A DNA stretch of 63,960 bases, filler included, from Octopus bimaculoides (taxonomy: Eukaryota), in NCBI RefSeq assembly GCF_001194135.2. It is 9 parts of 9 records of this genome, joined end to end, with 100 filler letters (N's around TTAATTAATTAA, not from the genome) between each part and the next. Parts side by side here need not be neighbours in the genome. Positions count along the whole stretch, not along the records: positions 45,504 to 52,002 come from NC_068991.1; positions 52,103 to 62,812 come from NC_068987.1; positions 62,913 to 63,960 come from NW_026387475.1; 6 more parts are not named here. One strand, written 5' to 3'. Of the stretch, positions 51,409 to 63,960 are shown in pieces. Within the stretch, counting starts at the first letter, position 1. Each line of letters starts with the position of its first letter. The position numbers and the translations under genes were made by a program. A model generated the notes under the pieces. That model searched no databases and had not been told where the DNA came from. It was given only the letters and a program-made list of their open reading frames with translations.

Positions 51409-51957
51409 ATAGTAGAAGACACTTGCCCAAGGTGCCGTACAGTGGGACTAAGTCTAGTAGCATGTGATTAGAAAGCAAGGTTTTTACCACACAGCCATGC
51501 CTCCTACTTCAGTAGTTTAAATACAAAGTTAATTTAACCAGTCCTGTCTATTGTTTTCTGTTTTCTCTAGTTAACTATTGAGACCTGCATAAGGAAAATA
51601 AAACCTCAGCAACAAAAATAAATGCAACTCTATCTAACAGTTATAAAAGTAGCTTTCAGAGGTTTAATTTCTGATTCACCTTGCTATATAAATTTTACAT
51701 TCAGGTAAACCATATCAAATTGCTTTTCCTGTTGCTTTATTGCTTTTGTTTAATGATATCAATCTATTTTCAAAGTAGGAACTGCACAATATTCTCCTGT
51801 TTAAAAGATATCATTACACTGAAAATGCGAGTGTGTGTACGTATGTGTGTACACACACACGCAGGCGCACACACACATACAGGCACACAGACACACATAC
51901 ACTCACACACATACACACACAAACACACACATATATACACAAATATATTAACACATA

Positions 51958-52002
<45 letters not shown>

Positions 52003-52102
52003 NNNNNNNNNNNNNNNNNNNNNNNNNNNNNNNNNNNNNNNNNNNNTTAATTAATTAANNNNNNNNNNNNNNNNNNNNNNNNNNNNNNNNNNNNNNNNNN
52101 NN

Positions 52103-52152
<50 letters not shown>

Positions 52153-53149
52153 ATTATATATATCATGATATATTACCACATATGTCGCATAAATTCTATA
52201 GGGGTAGATAACCCACTATATTCCAATATATTAGTTTTTAATAGTTCAGTTTATATAGTACATGTGTGCATGTGAGTGTGTGTGTGTGTGTGTGTGTATT
52301 ATGTATGTATGTATCAATAAATAGTTCAAAAAATTATTACAAATTATTATTTCATTAATGAAATTGCTTTAGGAAAATCTATGCAATTTAATACCTCTAA
52401 TTTTAATATTGATTTAGAGAAAAAAGTATGTATTGTAAATAAGGATATACAGTAAATTCAATGGCAATATACAGGGGAGTGTCATTGGACCTCCTATCAC
52501 AACACCTAAGACATTTATTTCTGACATTGTAAAAAATTTACACTGTAAGGAATTTGCAGTAAGGTGAATGAATTGGTCAGCAGTCGATGATACGCTTGAA
52601 TTTAACATTTAAATCAGTGTCCTTCATTAAGGATATGTTAAAGTGAATGAAAATCAACTAGGATATTAACATGTAAGTACTAAGAGGCCAAAGTACAGAT
52701 CCTGTCTTATGAAAATAAAAATAAAATTACACATAATAATATTATTAATCAGTGTAAATTGCAGTCATGATATTCAAAATTGAATTGATAGACAAATTAA
52801 CATCATTCATAGAAGATATGAAAGTGCATTGTTTAAGGACATGCCATATCTATATCGCTGTAGAAATGCAAACGCTCATCAATACATACAATATAAAAGT
52901 GATTTAATCTTGCTTAACCAGCATAGCTTCCATCCGGAAACAGTCGTAAACGCACATATACACATCCCCAGCATCTGTTTATTAATAATCAAAGTGAATT
53001 CACTCTTCAGATCAAATACTCTGAACATCAGGTATACCATTTAACAAGCACCTATATAAGGAAAATACAACGAGCTCACCGTTATCAGCTTCAAGAAGCA
53101 TTACAATCAACGCTTCTACTCCTTTATGGGAAGAAACAGAAAAACATTC

Positions 53150-53413
53150 TATTGGGTTACTGCATAATTATTGCGGCTTTTTTTCAACAAAATTTTTTCA
53201 ACAAAAACAATAACAATATTTAACAAAGTCATCTTTAAATGACTGTCTGACTGTCTGACTGTCTGCTAAGCAAATGGGAAGCAGTAATTCAAGTAGATGG
53301 TGAATATGCACCGGAATAATTATTTAAAGATGTTTTTGTTACATGTTGTTATTGTTTTTCTTGAATAATTTTTTTGTTGACAAAAGCTGCAATAATTATG
53401 CACCAACCCAATA
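53150..53413 (+). mobile_element. Internally deleted mariner (MITE) with TA duplication
   Basis: TIRs TTGGGTTACTGCATAATTATTGCGGCTTTT / AAAAGCTGCAATAATTATGCACCAACCCAA; the interior encodes the transposase C-terminus SKWEAVIQVDGEYAPE*. Confidence 0.88.
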
Positions 53414-53779
53414 TTGTTATGGTTCATTTGAAAGCTCAGGTACCAATTTATACCATAGCTGGGAATATTCTTGATACAACTGCAACTTATTTCAACAAAG
53501 ATTTGTCTATCTTAAAAGTTCTAGATACTGAAACAGTCTATAATATCCCTCAATAGAAATTAGAAGGCTTTTTCAACATGCTGATTCTTGCTGTTTATCC
53601 CAAACCAGTTAACAGAGATTCGAGAAAATTATGATTAGGAACTTCGTAAACTCTTTTGCTTATTTATACACATGATGCATACCTATATATCATTCTACCT
53701 ACCTAAATACCTACCTATCTACCTACCTACCTACATACATACATACATTATGGAAGTCAACTTGTGGCCGCATAAAACT

Positions 53780-54150
53780 GCTTTCTAAACCCATTTGAAT
53801 CTAAGAAATATCTTACGTTTTGTCTCTCCATCGCTAATGACGCCTCATATGACACCTAAGACCTGCAAGGGACCTACAAGTCATTCCTCGCCGATCACAA
53901 GTCAGCCTTTTAGCAATAGCCCGACCGTCTGGATGGTGGGATCTACAATACCAATAGAGTCCATTGGCTGACCCACATATTCTACTAAAGAAGGTACACG
54001 AGAGAACAGAATTGATTTGTAAACGGGTCGCTTTCATGGCTCTACTTGTGATTGAGTAGGCCTGCCTTTGAGAAGCAGACACGACCGCGCTGGTCACACG
54101 AAAAGGATTGTTTCGTACCCTTCTCAGAAAGAGAATTCACATGCTTCATA
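53780..54150 (-). mobile_element. RTE-type LINE 3' end with three degenerate C2H2-like fingers
   Basis: CDQRGRVCFSKAGLLNHK, CTFFSRICGSANGLYWYCRSH, CDRRGMTCRSLAGLRCHMRRH*. Confidence 0.65.
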
Positions 54151-54306
54151 TATTTACCAGCCCGCTTCGACTGCATGTATGCAAACCATCCATCCTTTTT
54201 TATCCATCCATCCATCCATCCATCCATCCATCCATCCATCCATACTTGATGGCTGTGAACTCGTATGATCATCATCGCCAAATAATCTTGTTCCTGGACT
54301 TTAAAG

Positions 54307-54403
54307 ACAATGGAAGTTAACAATTCCTGTGATGAAATTAAAGTCAATAACAGCATGCACGACACCGCAGACTCTCCTACAAAGCCAAGTACTCCAGACA
54401 CAG
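54307..54403 (+). CDS. Candidate penultimate exon of an unidentified gene (TMEVNNSCDEIKVNNSMHDTADSPTKPSTPDT)
   Basis: Open frame, strong donor CAG|GTAAGA, phase-1 end. The acceptor (TTTAAAG) is weak, so the 5' boundary is uncertain. Confidence 0.45.
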
Positions 54404-54689
54404 GTAAGAGCCGAGTCTCTGGCATTGTAATGAGGCAAGTGTTATTTGGGAATAGCCTTTTGTCCAGTCAACATCCCACATATTCCTCATCTCTAGCTCT
54501 GAGTTGTTTGAAATGAATAAATGAGGCCCTGTTTCTGAATAATGTAATACTTATTCATAAAACCTCACTCTATCTTATAAATCATCGTCGTGCCCGTCTT
54601 ATGCTTCGACTGATTTACATGTAAAGCGAATGAATATATCTTCTATTTTACTTAATTATTGCATCAAATTTTATTTTATTTCTTTTTAG

Positions 54690-54754
54690 ATGTGCAAATT
54701 CCATTGACAAGTCTTCTGGCTTTGTTGACCTCGGCGATTTTGGTTTATAATTGA
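54690..54754 (+). CDS. Candidate terminal coding exon with hydrophobic tail (DVQIPLTSLLALLTSAILVYN*)
   Basis: Very strong acceptor TTTTATTTTATTTCTTTTTAG; phase 1 matches the upstream donor; ends in a hydrophobic stretch and a stop. Confidence 0.5.
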
Positions 54755-57339
54755 AAGACACTTACAGAATAAGAACATTAAGGATGCTTTTGTTTAAATT
54801 TTATCTTTAATTTCCAATCAGTTATGATTTTCAAAAAATGATATATGCTACTTCTAATATTGATTTTATTTGGCTAGACATGAATTGAATTTTTATTGCA
54901 AGTGACGAGGGAGTCATTAAAAGTAACTCCAGTGTATTACTGGTAGTTTTTTAAAAAACTCACTGAAGGATTAATGAAACTTATTACAGCAGAGTTTTGA
55001 GCTAAAAGAAATGAGTCACCGAACTATATAGAATAAGACATCCAGTTCGGTGCTTATTGCGACCTACTCTCAAACATGTTCCTTTTATTACAAATTTTTG
55101 AGTCAACTGCGAAAGGGGAACTCTATGTAGTCACTTGATTTGCTGGAAATAACGACCAAGTTATTTTCATGTTCCACTGTCTTACAAAACCCATTATATG
55201 ATGTGGTCCTAAATACCCACCTATACTAGATAGTCTAGGCTGGGACGTCTTTCACCATGTCTGCTCAGTGATTTCTAAACTGGAGTGAAACAAGCTAATA
55301 TTGATCACCAAATTTACAAACACAAGAGTACATTTTTCTATCTACTAAATCAATTTCTAATTTAGGCGCAAGGCCAACATTTTCGAGAGATGTAGGTTAG
55401 TCGATTACGTCAGTACTTGACATATTCTTTATTTTATCGACTTTAGAGGAATAAAAGAATAATTTACCTTCGTTACAGACATAAAAATTCGGAACAAATT
55501 CTACAAAGGATTTGTTCGATGCATTGACGATTCTGTCAATCCACTGCCCTTCTTTTTTTACTAATAATGGATAAGTATTGATCTCACACATACACACACA
55601 TACAGACGCGCACGCGTCAAGTTTAACAATTATCCGTCCACATTTAATACATATTAATAATCTGAACAGTATTATGAAAAATTAGATGGATCAACTCTAC
55701 TCTTTCCCTCTCAATTTGTAACCTTGTAGTAAATCGTAAATAGGTTTTGACTCATCGGAACTGGTTGAATCTATTTTATTTTCCTCACACTAGTAATATT
55801 TCTGGGATAAGCCGCAAGTTATACCTACTTTACATTTCCTCATAATATGCATAGATCATCGTAAAAACACAATTAACTAGTGGTTGTTTTTGTTTTTGCT
55901 GTCGTCGTTGTCTAGCCTCTGATCGAGAAGACATATGGTCAAATATGTTCCAAAGATGACCACCTAACTTTTTGAATACCGGTGAATCATGATAGCGGTT
56001 CTTTGGCATGTCCTTGGTATTGCTGACAAAAGCAAGCAAAGGAACTAAATGTTGTTGAATGTAGCCTTCCTTTTTCTAAAGACATTACAAACTGGTCTGT
56101 GTTTGATTTGGTCTCCTATTTCTATCAGTCCCTCATTTATTTAATTACTTCACAGTAAAAACTAAATGCGTTGCTGTGGTTTAGTTTCAATCATCTGCTG
56201 TGGTTATTTCATTTTCTTCGAGTCACTATCCTTTGAATGAATGTCACGGCTTCCCACTACGCTTCTTCAAATGAAGCTATTAATAAAAAGACAATACCTA
56301 CGAATTATTAAAGATATTCAATAATTATGATTTTGCTATAGTTTTCTTCAACGATCGGAAAATTCTATTCGACTAAATCATAAAATGTCAAATAATTCTA
56401 AATTTCTAAATGAACTAAAAATTAATGATTGTTGTAATGATTTTTAAAATAAACATTTTATTTCATTTCACGGGTGTTTTCTTTCTTTTTTGTTGCTGTA
56501 ATTTTTACCTCTCAAACTTTGCCTCGTCCTGATATACACTTCATAAAAGTTAAGTTCTGTTTTGTAGTAGAAGCTACAGTTGCTATCTCATTCAAGCGGA
56601 ACTGAATTCGACCCCATTGCGTGATACCTTAGCTACCTGTTTTCTGCTATGGCCTCGAGTTGACTATTTTGTAAATCAGATTTGGTGAACATAAATAGAT
56701 TAAGAAAGACACGCACATATTCATACGTATGTGTCTATGTGTATGAGTTCACGTGTTCATGTCGGTCTAAAGCAGTAAGTCAAGTTGTGTCATTGTATCT
56801 GAAAACGTGATCTAGTGATTCGGTGACTAGATTTCGATAAAATAAGCCCCACACTCGGATCGATATGACTGATTAAAAGCCTTGAATGCGGTGCTCTAGC
56901 ATGGCTGAAGTGTGATAGCTAAAACTAGTAAACATAGAAACAGCACAGCGATGTAACTCAGACTGTAAAACTGTGAACGATACACTGAATAACGAAGGTT
57001 AATCACAAGAATTAGTAAGCTTGTTTTACACAACATTTGATATCAGTCAACAATAGAAGAATGTTATGTTGAAGTTCTATGGGAAATTGTGAATAAGCAA
57101 CCGAACAGAGTATTTATTTGCAAAGTAAAGTTCCATTAGATTGAAGTGTCGATTAAGATAGCGAGAAATATATGCTTGTAACTGTCTAACTCTGTAAATT
57201 TTGTATCTTGTGTCTAACATCTCATCTGCTATCCGAAATCTTATCTGCTTCCATCGTTAGACAAACTATTTTGAAGTGTTTGGTGGAAGAGCCAGTGTAA
57301 AAAAATTAGACATTATTTCAATATCACATATTTTCAAAC

Positions 57340-57660
57340 ACAACAGTGAGTTATCGAATGAAATATTTGTTGTGATAGCAACTGAAGGGACTGTGTAGAT
57401 GTGTGACGGTAATTGATAGAATTGTGAGGATGTATGACTGATTGATGGAATTGTGAAAATGGGTGACAGAGAGTGAAAAGACTGTAGATGTGTAGCAGTT
57501 ATTGATTGGATTTTGATGCTGTGTGATAGTTGTTAAGGACTGTGGAGATGCATGGTATTGAGAGAAAGGACTATAGAGATGTGGAAGTCATGAAAGGGAC
57601 TGTAGAAATTGAGCAGACTATGGAGATATGCGACTGTAATTGATAAAGCCGTGGAAATGA
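57340..57660. repeat. Degenerate minisatellite (GGACTGTRGAGATGTG.. units)
   Basis: GACTGT/GATGTG/ATTGAT blocks recur about every 25-35 bp. Confidence 0.55.
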
Positions 57661-59891
57661 ACAAGATCACATTAAACCCAGTTAAATAGTTTTCTATCAC
57701 CTTGAGAAATTCGAGTTTATAGAAAATCATTTAAATAATCGATACGTCAGCTTTTTCCAGTGCTCTCTCACTAGCATAATGGGTACCGGAATGGACTTGT
57801 GGTTAGGAAATCTCCTTCACAGTGTCCGATCTTCCTATGCATCACATTGTATATGTATATTCTACCAACGGAGCAAGCAAAGCCTGTGTTGAAATGCTCT
57901 GTAGAAGTGCGTTGGCGAGGCAATTTCCGTATTTACATATCTGCCACTCGGTTTAACATTCCTTTTGCCATTTGGGTACTTTTATCAGAAGTACTCTTTC
58001 ATAATTATTCGCATGCAGTCTCCAGTTTATGGACAGATTTCTCCCCTACTCTCACCCATCTCCGAAGTCATGAAAAATGTCACAACAGTTGCCTTTCTTT
58101 GGATCGTGCTATTATAAATAAAAACTTCGGTCAAGATACTCTCAAACAGTCTAATCAAAATCTCCACAAATAGAGACTGCACCCATATTTGTATGAAACA
58201 GAACACGACGTCCTTTATTTTAATTCAAAGTAATTTGTGATTAATTTGATTTTTTTTATATAGGTAAAGAAGTGTGACAAATAAGACAACAATTTTGAAA
58301 TTTATTTTCTCGCATATCAAAACCAGAAATAATTCTTCCATTCTCACTCGCTTATATATCCAATACTTCAAGCAAACCACAAGATCGTGATTTAATTTTA
58401 GTATATTATTAAGATAGAATGCAGTGTTACAAAACGAGCCTTTAATAAAAATAAAACGATGCGTGAACGCTGTACAACTGCTATACATTTTTCATGTTCG
58501 TGTAAAATTCTGCAGAAAAATTTGCTACATTTCTCTCGTTATTTAAGGAATCTCTGTTGCTTGTAATAAAGATCAAAATTAAAGTATGAGAACACGTTAG
58601 CTCCCAGTATTTTGTTATATCATAAAAGACCTAGACAAGTTGCAGAAATAGTTTATACATTTGGTTTAATTTTAATACAACGCCGAATGTTTGAAGATTG
58701 GAAGATAGGAAGAAAGGTATATTCAGGTGAAACCAGTATTTTACTGGGACTCATTGTAACACGAAGAGTATATAGCTACCGTTGTTGATTGTCAAACTGA
58801 AAGGTAGCTGGATTTCGACTGGAAGCATAAGGGGATGAAACAAGGCAATATTTAGTCCGATACAGTACCATTTCCTGCCAATTATTGCATTAACATTTGT
58901 TAATGGTGATATCATACGTAAGCACAAGGTGACAGATTGGATCGAGGGGAAAGGCCATCGACTGAATTGACGACGCCAATTCCTGTCAAGTTCTTATTTT
59001 ATTGAACCCGGAAAATAAGAAAAAGTCGACCACTGCTGAATCTGAAATTATCCTTTGTGAAAATTATATATATATATATAATTTTCACAAAGGATAATTT
59101 CNNNNNNNNNNNNNNNNNNNNNNNNNNNNNNNNNNNNNNNNNNNNNNNNNNNNNNNNNNNNNNNNNNNNNNNNNNNNNNNNNNNNNNNNNNNNNNNNNNN
59201 NNNNNNNNNNNNNNNNNNNNNNNNNNNNNNNNNNNNNNNNNNNNNNNNNNNNNNNNNNNNNNNNNNNNNNNNNNNNNNNNNNNNNNNNNNNNNNNNNNNN
59301 NNNNNNNNNNNNNNNNNNNNNNNNNNNNNNNNNNNNNNNNNNNNNNNNNNNNNNNNNNNNNNNNNNNNNNNNNNNNNNNNNNNNNNNNNNNNNNNNNNNN
59401 NNNNNNNNNNNNNNNNNNNNNNNNNNNNNNNNNNNNNNNNNNNNNNNNNNNNNNNNNNNNNNNNNNNNNNNNNNNNNNNNNNNNNNNNNNNNNNNNNNNN
59501 NNNNNNNNNNNNNNNNNNNNNNNNNNNNNNNNNNNNNNNNNNNNNNNNNNNNNNNNNNNNNNNNNNNNNNNNNNNNNNNNNNNNNNNNNNNNNNNNNNNN
59601 NNNNNNNNNNNNNNNNNNNNNNNNNNNNNNNNNNNNNNNNNNNNNNNNNNNNNNNNNNNNNNNNNNNNNNNNNNNNNNNNNNNNNNNNNNNNNNNNNNNN
59701 NNNNNNNNNNNNNNNNNNNNNNNNNNNNNNNNNNNNNNNNNNNNNNNNNNNNNNNNNNNNNNNNNNNNNNNNNNNNNNNNNNNNNNNNNNNNNNNNNNNN
59801 NNNNNNNNNNNNNNNNNNNNNNNNNNNNNNNNNNNNNNNNNNNNNNNNNNNNNNNNNNNNNNNNNNNNNNNNNNNNNNNNNNNNNNNNNNN

Positions 59892-60234
59892 CCTTCTCCT
59901 CCCCTCTTTCTCCTTCTCCTCCCCTCCTTCTCCTTCTCCTCCCCTCTTTCTCCTTCTCCTCCCCTCTTTCTCCTTCTCCTCCCCTCCTCCTCCTTCTCCT
60001 CCCCTTCCTCCTCCTTTTCGAACCCTCCTTCTTCCTTCTCCGTATTCTCCTCTTCCCCTCCTCCTCCACCAATTGTTGTTTTTCGTTTTTCTTCCTCCTC
60101 CCCTTCTTCTTCTCCTTCTCCTTCTTCTTCTTCTCCTTCTCCTTCTTCTTCTTCTCCTTCTCCTTCTTCTTCTTCTTCTTCTTCTTCTTCTTCTTCTTCT
60201 TCTTCTTCTTCTTCTTCTTCTTCTTCTTCTTCTT

Positions 60235-60265
<31 letters not shown>
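59892..60265. repeat. Pyrimidine-rich minisatellite and (CTT)n tract
   Basis: Direct reading of the sequence. Confidence 0.95.
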
Positions 60266-61258
60266 ATTTCTGTGATTCGAAAGAGTGACTAGTGTTATAT
60301 TTAGTTTTCTTACTGCAATGGTGAACCAAAATTAATCTGCTTGAATGGTATATGCTTCATTCTGGTAGAGAACTTCACGGAAATAAATCTCGGATGGAGT
60401 TCAATCTGCACAAAGGAAAAAGTAGTATAACACTATACAATGTTTAACCAAGATCTCTATAATTTCTATTTACTCATCATCAGACCCTTAGTTAATAATA
60501 ATCCTTAACACAGGGTCATTTGGTTTAGCACAATCGTTACAAGTTTTGGCAAAGTGCCTTACAGTATTTAGTTAAATTCTTCTGTATGTCCTGATTTTGT
60601 ATTCCAACAATGTCAATTTTGTCTTACATTTTTCTGGAGTCAGTAAAATAAAAGTCAGACGGGAACTGCCGAAATTAATCCACTGTACATGTGGCTCCGT
60701 ATCTATGTGAATAACTAACGTATTTATCAATACGATAACTTAATTATTATTTGTATTTCTATTTTATACACAGTACTGTGGATTGACATTTTTCGATGGT
60801 TTCCTGATGTTTTTTTCTTTTTTCGTCCTTTAAACAGATATCTAAACTTAAGTTTGAACACGTACACACATACCTCCAATGTATGCATGTATGAATGTGT
60901 GTTTGCATGTGTGCATGTGTATGCATGTAAGACATGAATGCATGGGTACATGTATGCACGGATGTGTGCATGTATACAGATACACACTACACCACCAGAT
61001 GATTGGCAAATACACATGTATGTGAAGAGCAGAAAAACAGAAACAGTACTATAGTGTTAGTAGAACTTTTCTACTGTTAATATTTCAGTCTAAAAACAGT
61101 TTGGGGAAAGAACAATGAATCAAAGAATAAGACAGAGTTGTTAATCTATTGTCTTTCAATATTTATAGTTTCGTCCCTTGTGTGCAATTTTCGCGGTAGT
61201 GGAAACTTTCTTTCGCTCTTCAGATACTTTCTTTCATTTCACACACCAGTAATACATT

Positions 61259-61534
61259 ATTTACATTATTTACATTATTTACATTAGACAGACATGTGTC
61301 CTCATCTTGTTTATTGTTACCGCAACGTTTCGGCTGATTTACTCTCCAGCCTTCATCAGGTGTCCTGGTAGGATTTGGAACCAGTCCTGGGTTCAAAATC
61401 CTATCAAAAAGCTAGAGAATAAATCAGCTGAAACGTTTTGGTAACAATAAACAAGATGAGGACACATATCCGTCTAATGTAAATAATGTAAATAATGTAC
61501 AGAATTCCTCATCTCAAAAATACAGAAGAGTATT
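61259..61534. mobile_element. Palindromic non-autonomous insertion carrying a hammerhead core, 14-bp TSD
   Basis: About 88-bp inverted arms; minus-strand CTGATGA-AGGCTG-loop-CAGCC-GAAAC at 61325-61360; ACCAGTAATACATT duplicated at 61245-61258 and 61535-61548. Confidence 0.78.
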
Positions 61535-61988
61535 ACCAGTAATACATTTAATTAACTCATTTGCGTTTTACCCTTCTCTCTCAAAAATTGTATTGTCTCT
61601 ATTCGGAACAACACCAAAAATATTTTCATCAGAAAATTTCAGTTAATCAGCTCTGTACAAACATATATAATCCTTTATCTTTGTCTTGTATTGTGAAAGT
61701 TATAGATCTGTACATGTAATTACTAATGCTGCTGTTTACTTTCTTCTTCTTTATTTTGTAAATGATATTTTTGTGTTTTGAATATCACTCTTCAATATTA
61801 TCATTGTCGAATTTGTGGTAGTTGTTTCGAGAGGTCCTCCAAGTGTGTAATCTGTTTATCTTGTTGTGTCGACAACACTGCCAATACCAGTTAAATACAT
61901 AAATAATACATATGATCACAGCCACGATGAGAATGATGCAAATGGTTGGAGTTCGATCCAGAGACTGCTGAGGAATTTTAGTACCTAC

Positions 61989-62752
<764 letters not shown>

Positions 62753-62937
62753 AAGAAGAAGAAGAAGAAGAAGAAGAAGAAAAAACAAATGAAATAATAA
62801 TAATAATAATAANNNNNNNNNNNNNNNNNNNNNNNNNNNNNNNNNNNNNNNNNNNNTTAATTAATTAANNNNNNNNNNNNNNNNNNNNNNNNNNNNNNNN
62901 NNNNNNNNNNNNAATACTAAAATCTAAACAAATAGGG

Positions 62938-63470
62938 GTGGATAGGGATATGAACCATGATATAAATAGCAATAATAATAATAATAATAATAATAATAAT
63001 TATAATAATAATAATGGCGGTATTATTAATAATAGTGATAATGTTTGTAATAATAGGAATTTGATTACAGTAACAGAGGTCAACCCTAGAAGATTGAAAT
63101 TTGAAGGCCCTAATGCGAGGGTTAAAAATGTAGTTTATCAATGTAAGGTAAGGACTCAAACAGATGCTAGAAGATACCTGGGGTGTACTTCGGGACAAAT
63201 CTGTAAAAGAATATCTAATCATTATAGTACCTTTAGAGATAGAAGGAAAATAGCAAGCACTAGCCTTAGTAAATTCATCTGGGAACTCAAAGAACAAAAA
63301 AAGCCATATTGGTTAGAATGGTCGATTATCGCGAGATCTTTTCCATATGAGAGGGGTAAGAAATACTGTTCGCTATGTACCTTAGAACTTTATTACATAT
63401 TATTCTCTAAAGGGTAAGTTGATAAATAAACTAACAAATAATGCTTTGAAATGTACACATATTTTAAGAC
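62938..63470 (+). mobile_element. Penelope-like GIY-YIG endonuclease domain preceded by an Asn-rich linker
   Basis: NVVYQCKV...YLGCTSG...RISNHYSTF...TSLSKFIWELK...WSII...CSLCTLE, then after a +1 frameshift KLINK...KCTH. Confidence 0.88.
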
Positions 63471-63960
63471 ATACTTTTCCTTGGTTTAAATAAAATTGAA
63501 ATATGACAAGGTATTATAATGAATTATACCATAGTAGTTAGTCCATAGACAGGTCATACTAATATAATTTACCAATAGCAGCAAGGATTTTGTAAAATCC
63601 TTTAAAGATAATATAGTATAGATTCCCATGATAGTTGAAGATTAGATATAATTTATAGCAAATTACAATATAAGTTTAGGTCTTAAAGTAGGCCACATTA
63701 GTATATAATGTACCAATAGCAGTTGTGGTCTTTACTATAACTTTTAGTGACAATTGAGGATTGAGTTCAATTATAATAGAGAATTGACTATAACCTATAG
63801 TACATTGTAGTAACCAATTTGGGGGTATTATTGATAATTTAGTTAAAAATATTTCATTAAGACTCTCCTGATTATCTGCTAACAATAGGATTTTTAATAA
63901 TGGAGCTCAATTCTATATTTCGGCATAAAATTGGGCAGTTTATAAAGAGAAGGTTTACTA

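Noticed and set aside
52418-52560. Kazal-like YTGEC or KFNGNIQGSVIGPP frame as an upstream exon of the GPI-like gene
   Set aside because: The frame following the good acceptor has a stop, and the open frame has only weak acceptors.

Overview
AT-rich, microsatellite-saturated animal DNA, most likely Octopus (inferred from the cephalopod-type SINE families and simple-repeat load). Eight identical 100-bp spacers (44 N + TTAATTAATTAA + 44 N) show the window is nine assembly pieces stitched together, so neighbourhoods across spacers may not be real. The only host gene I can name is a CCDC81 homologue, with three phase-compatible + strand exons at 14975-15170, 22000-22222 and 24484-24591. A second, unnamed + strand gene end at 54307-54754 may encode a GPI-type hydrophobic tail. 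The rest is mostly decayed mobile DNA: several Penelope-like RT and GIY-YIG fragments, CR1-, RTE- and R4/Dong-type LINE fragments, one full-length dead mariner plus fragments and MITEs, Helitron-like ends, and dozens of SINE copies from about four families. The best second-look signals are RNA-structural: a completely foldable hammerhead ribozyme (45100-45146), a palindromic hammerhead-core insertion with a 14-bp target-site duplication (61245-61548), and several near-perfect hairpins in or just downstream of the CCDC81 introns (one is pre-miRNA sized). No database search could be run. Family names come from remembered motifs, and repeat boundaries are approximate. I found no clearly new multi-gene system.
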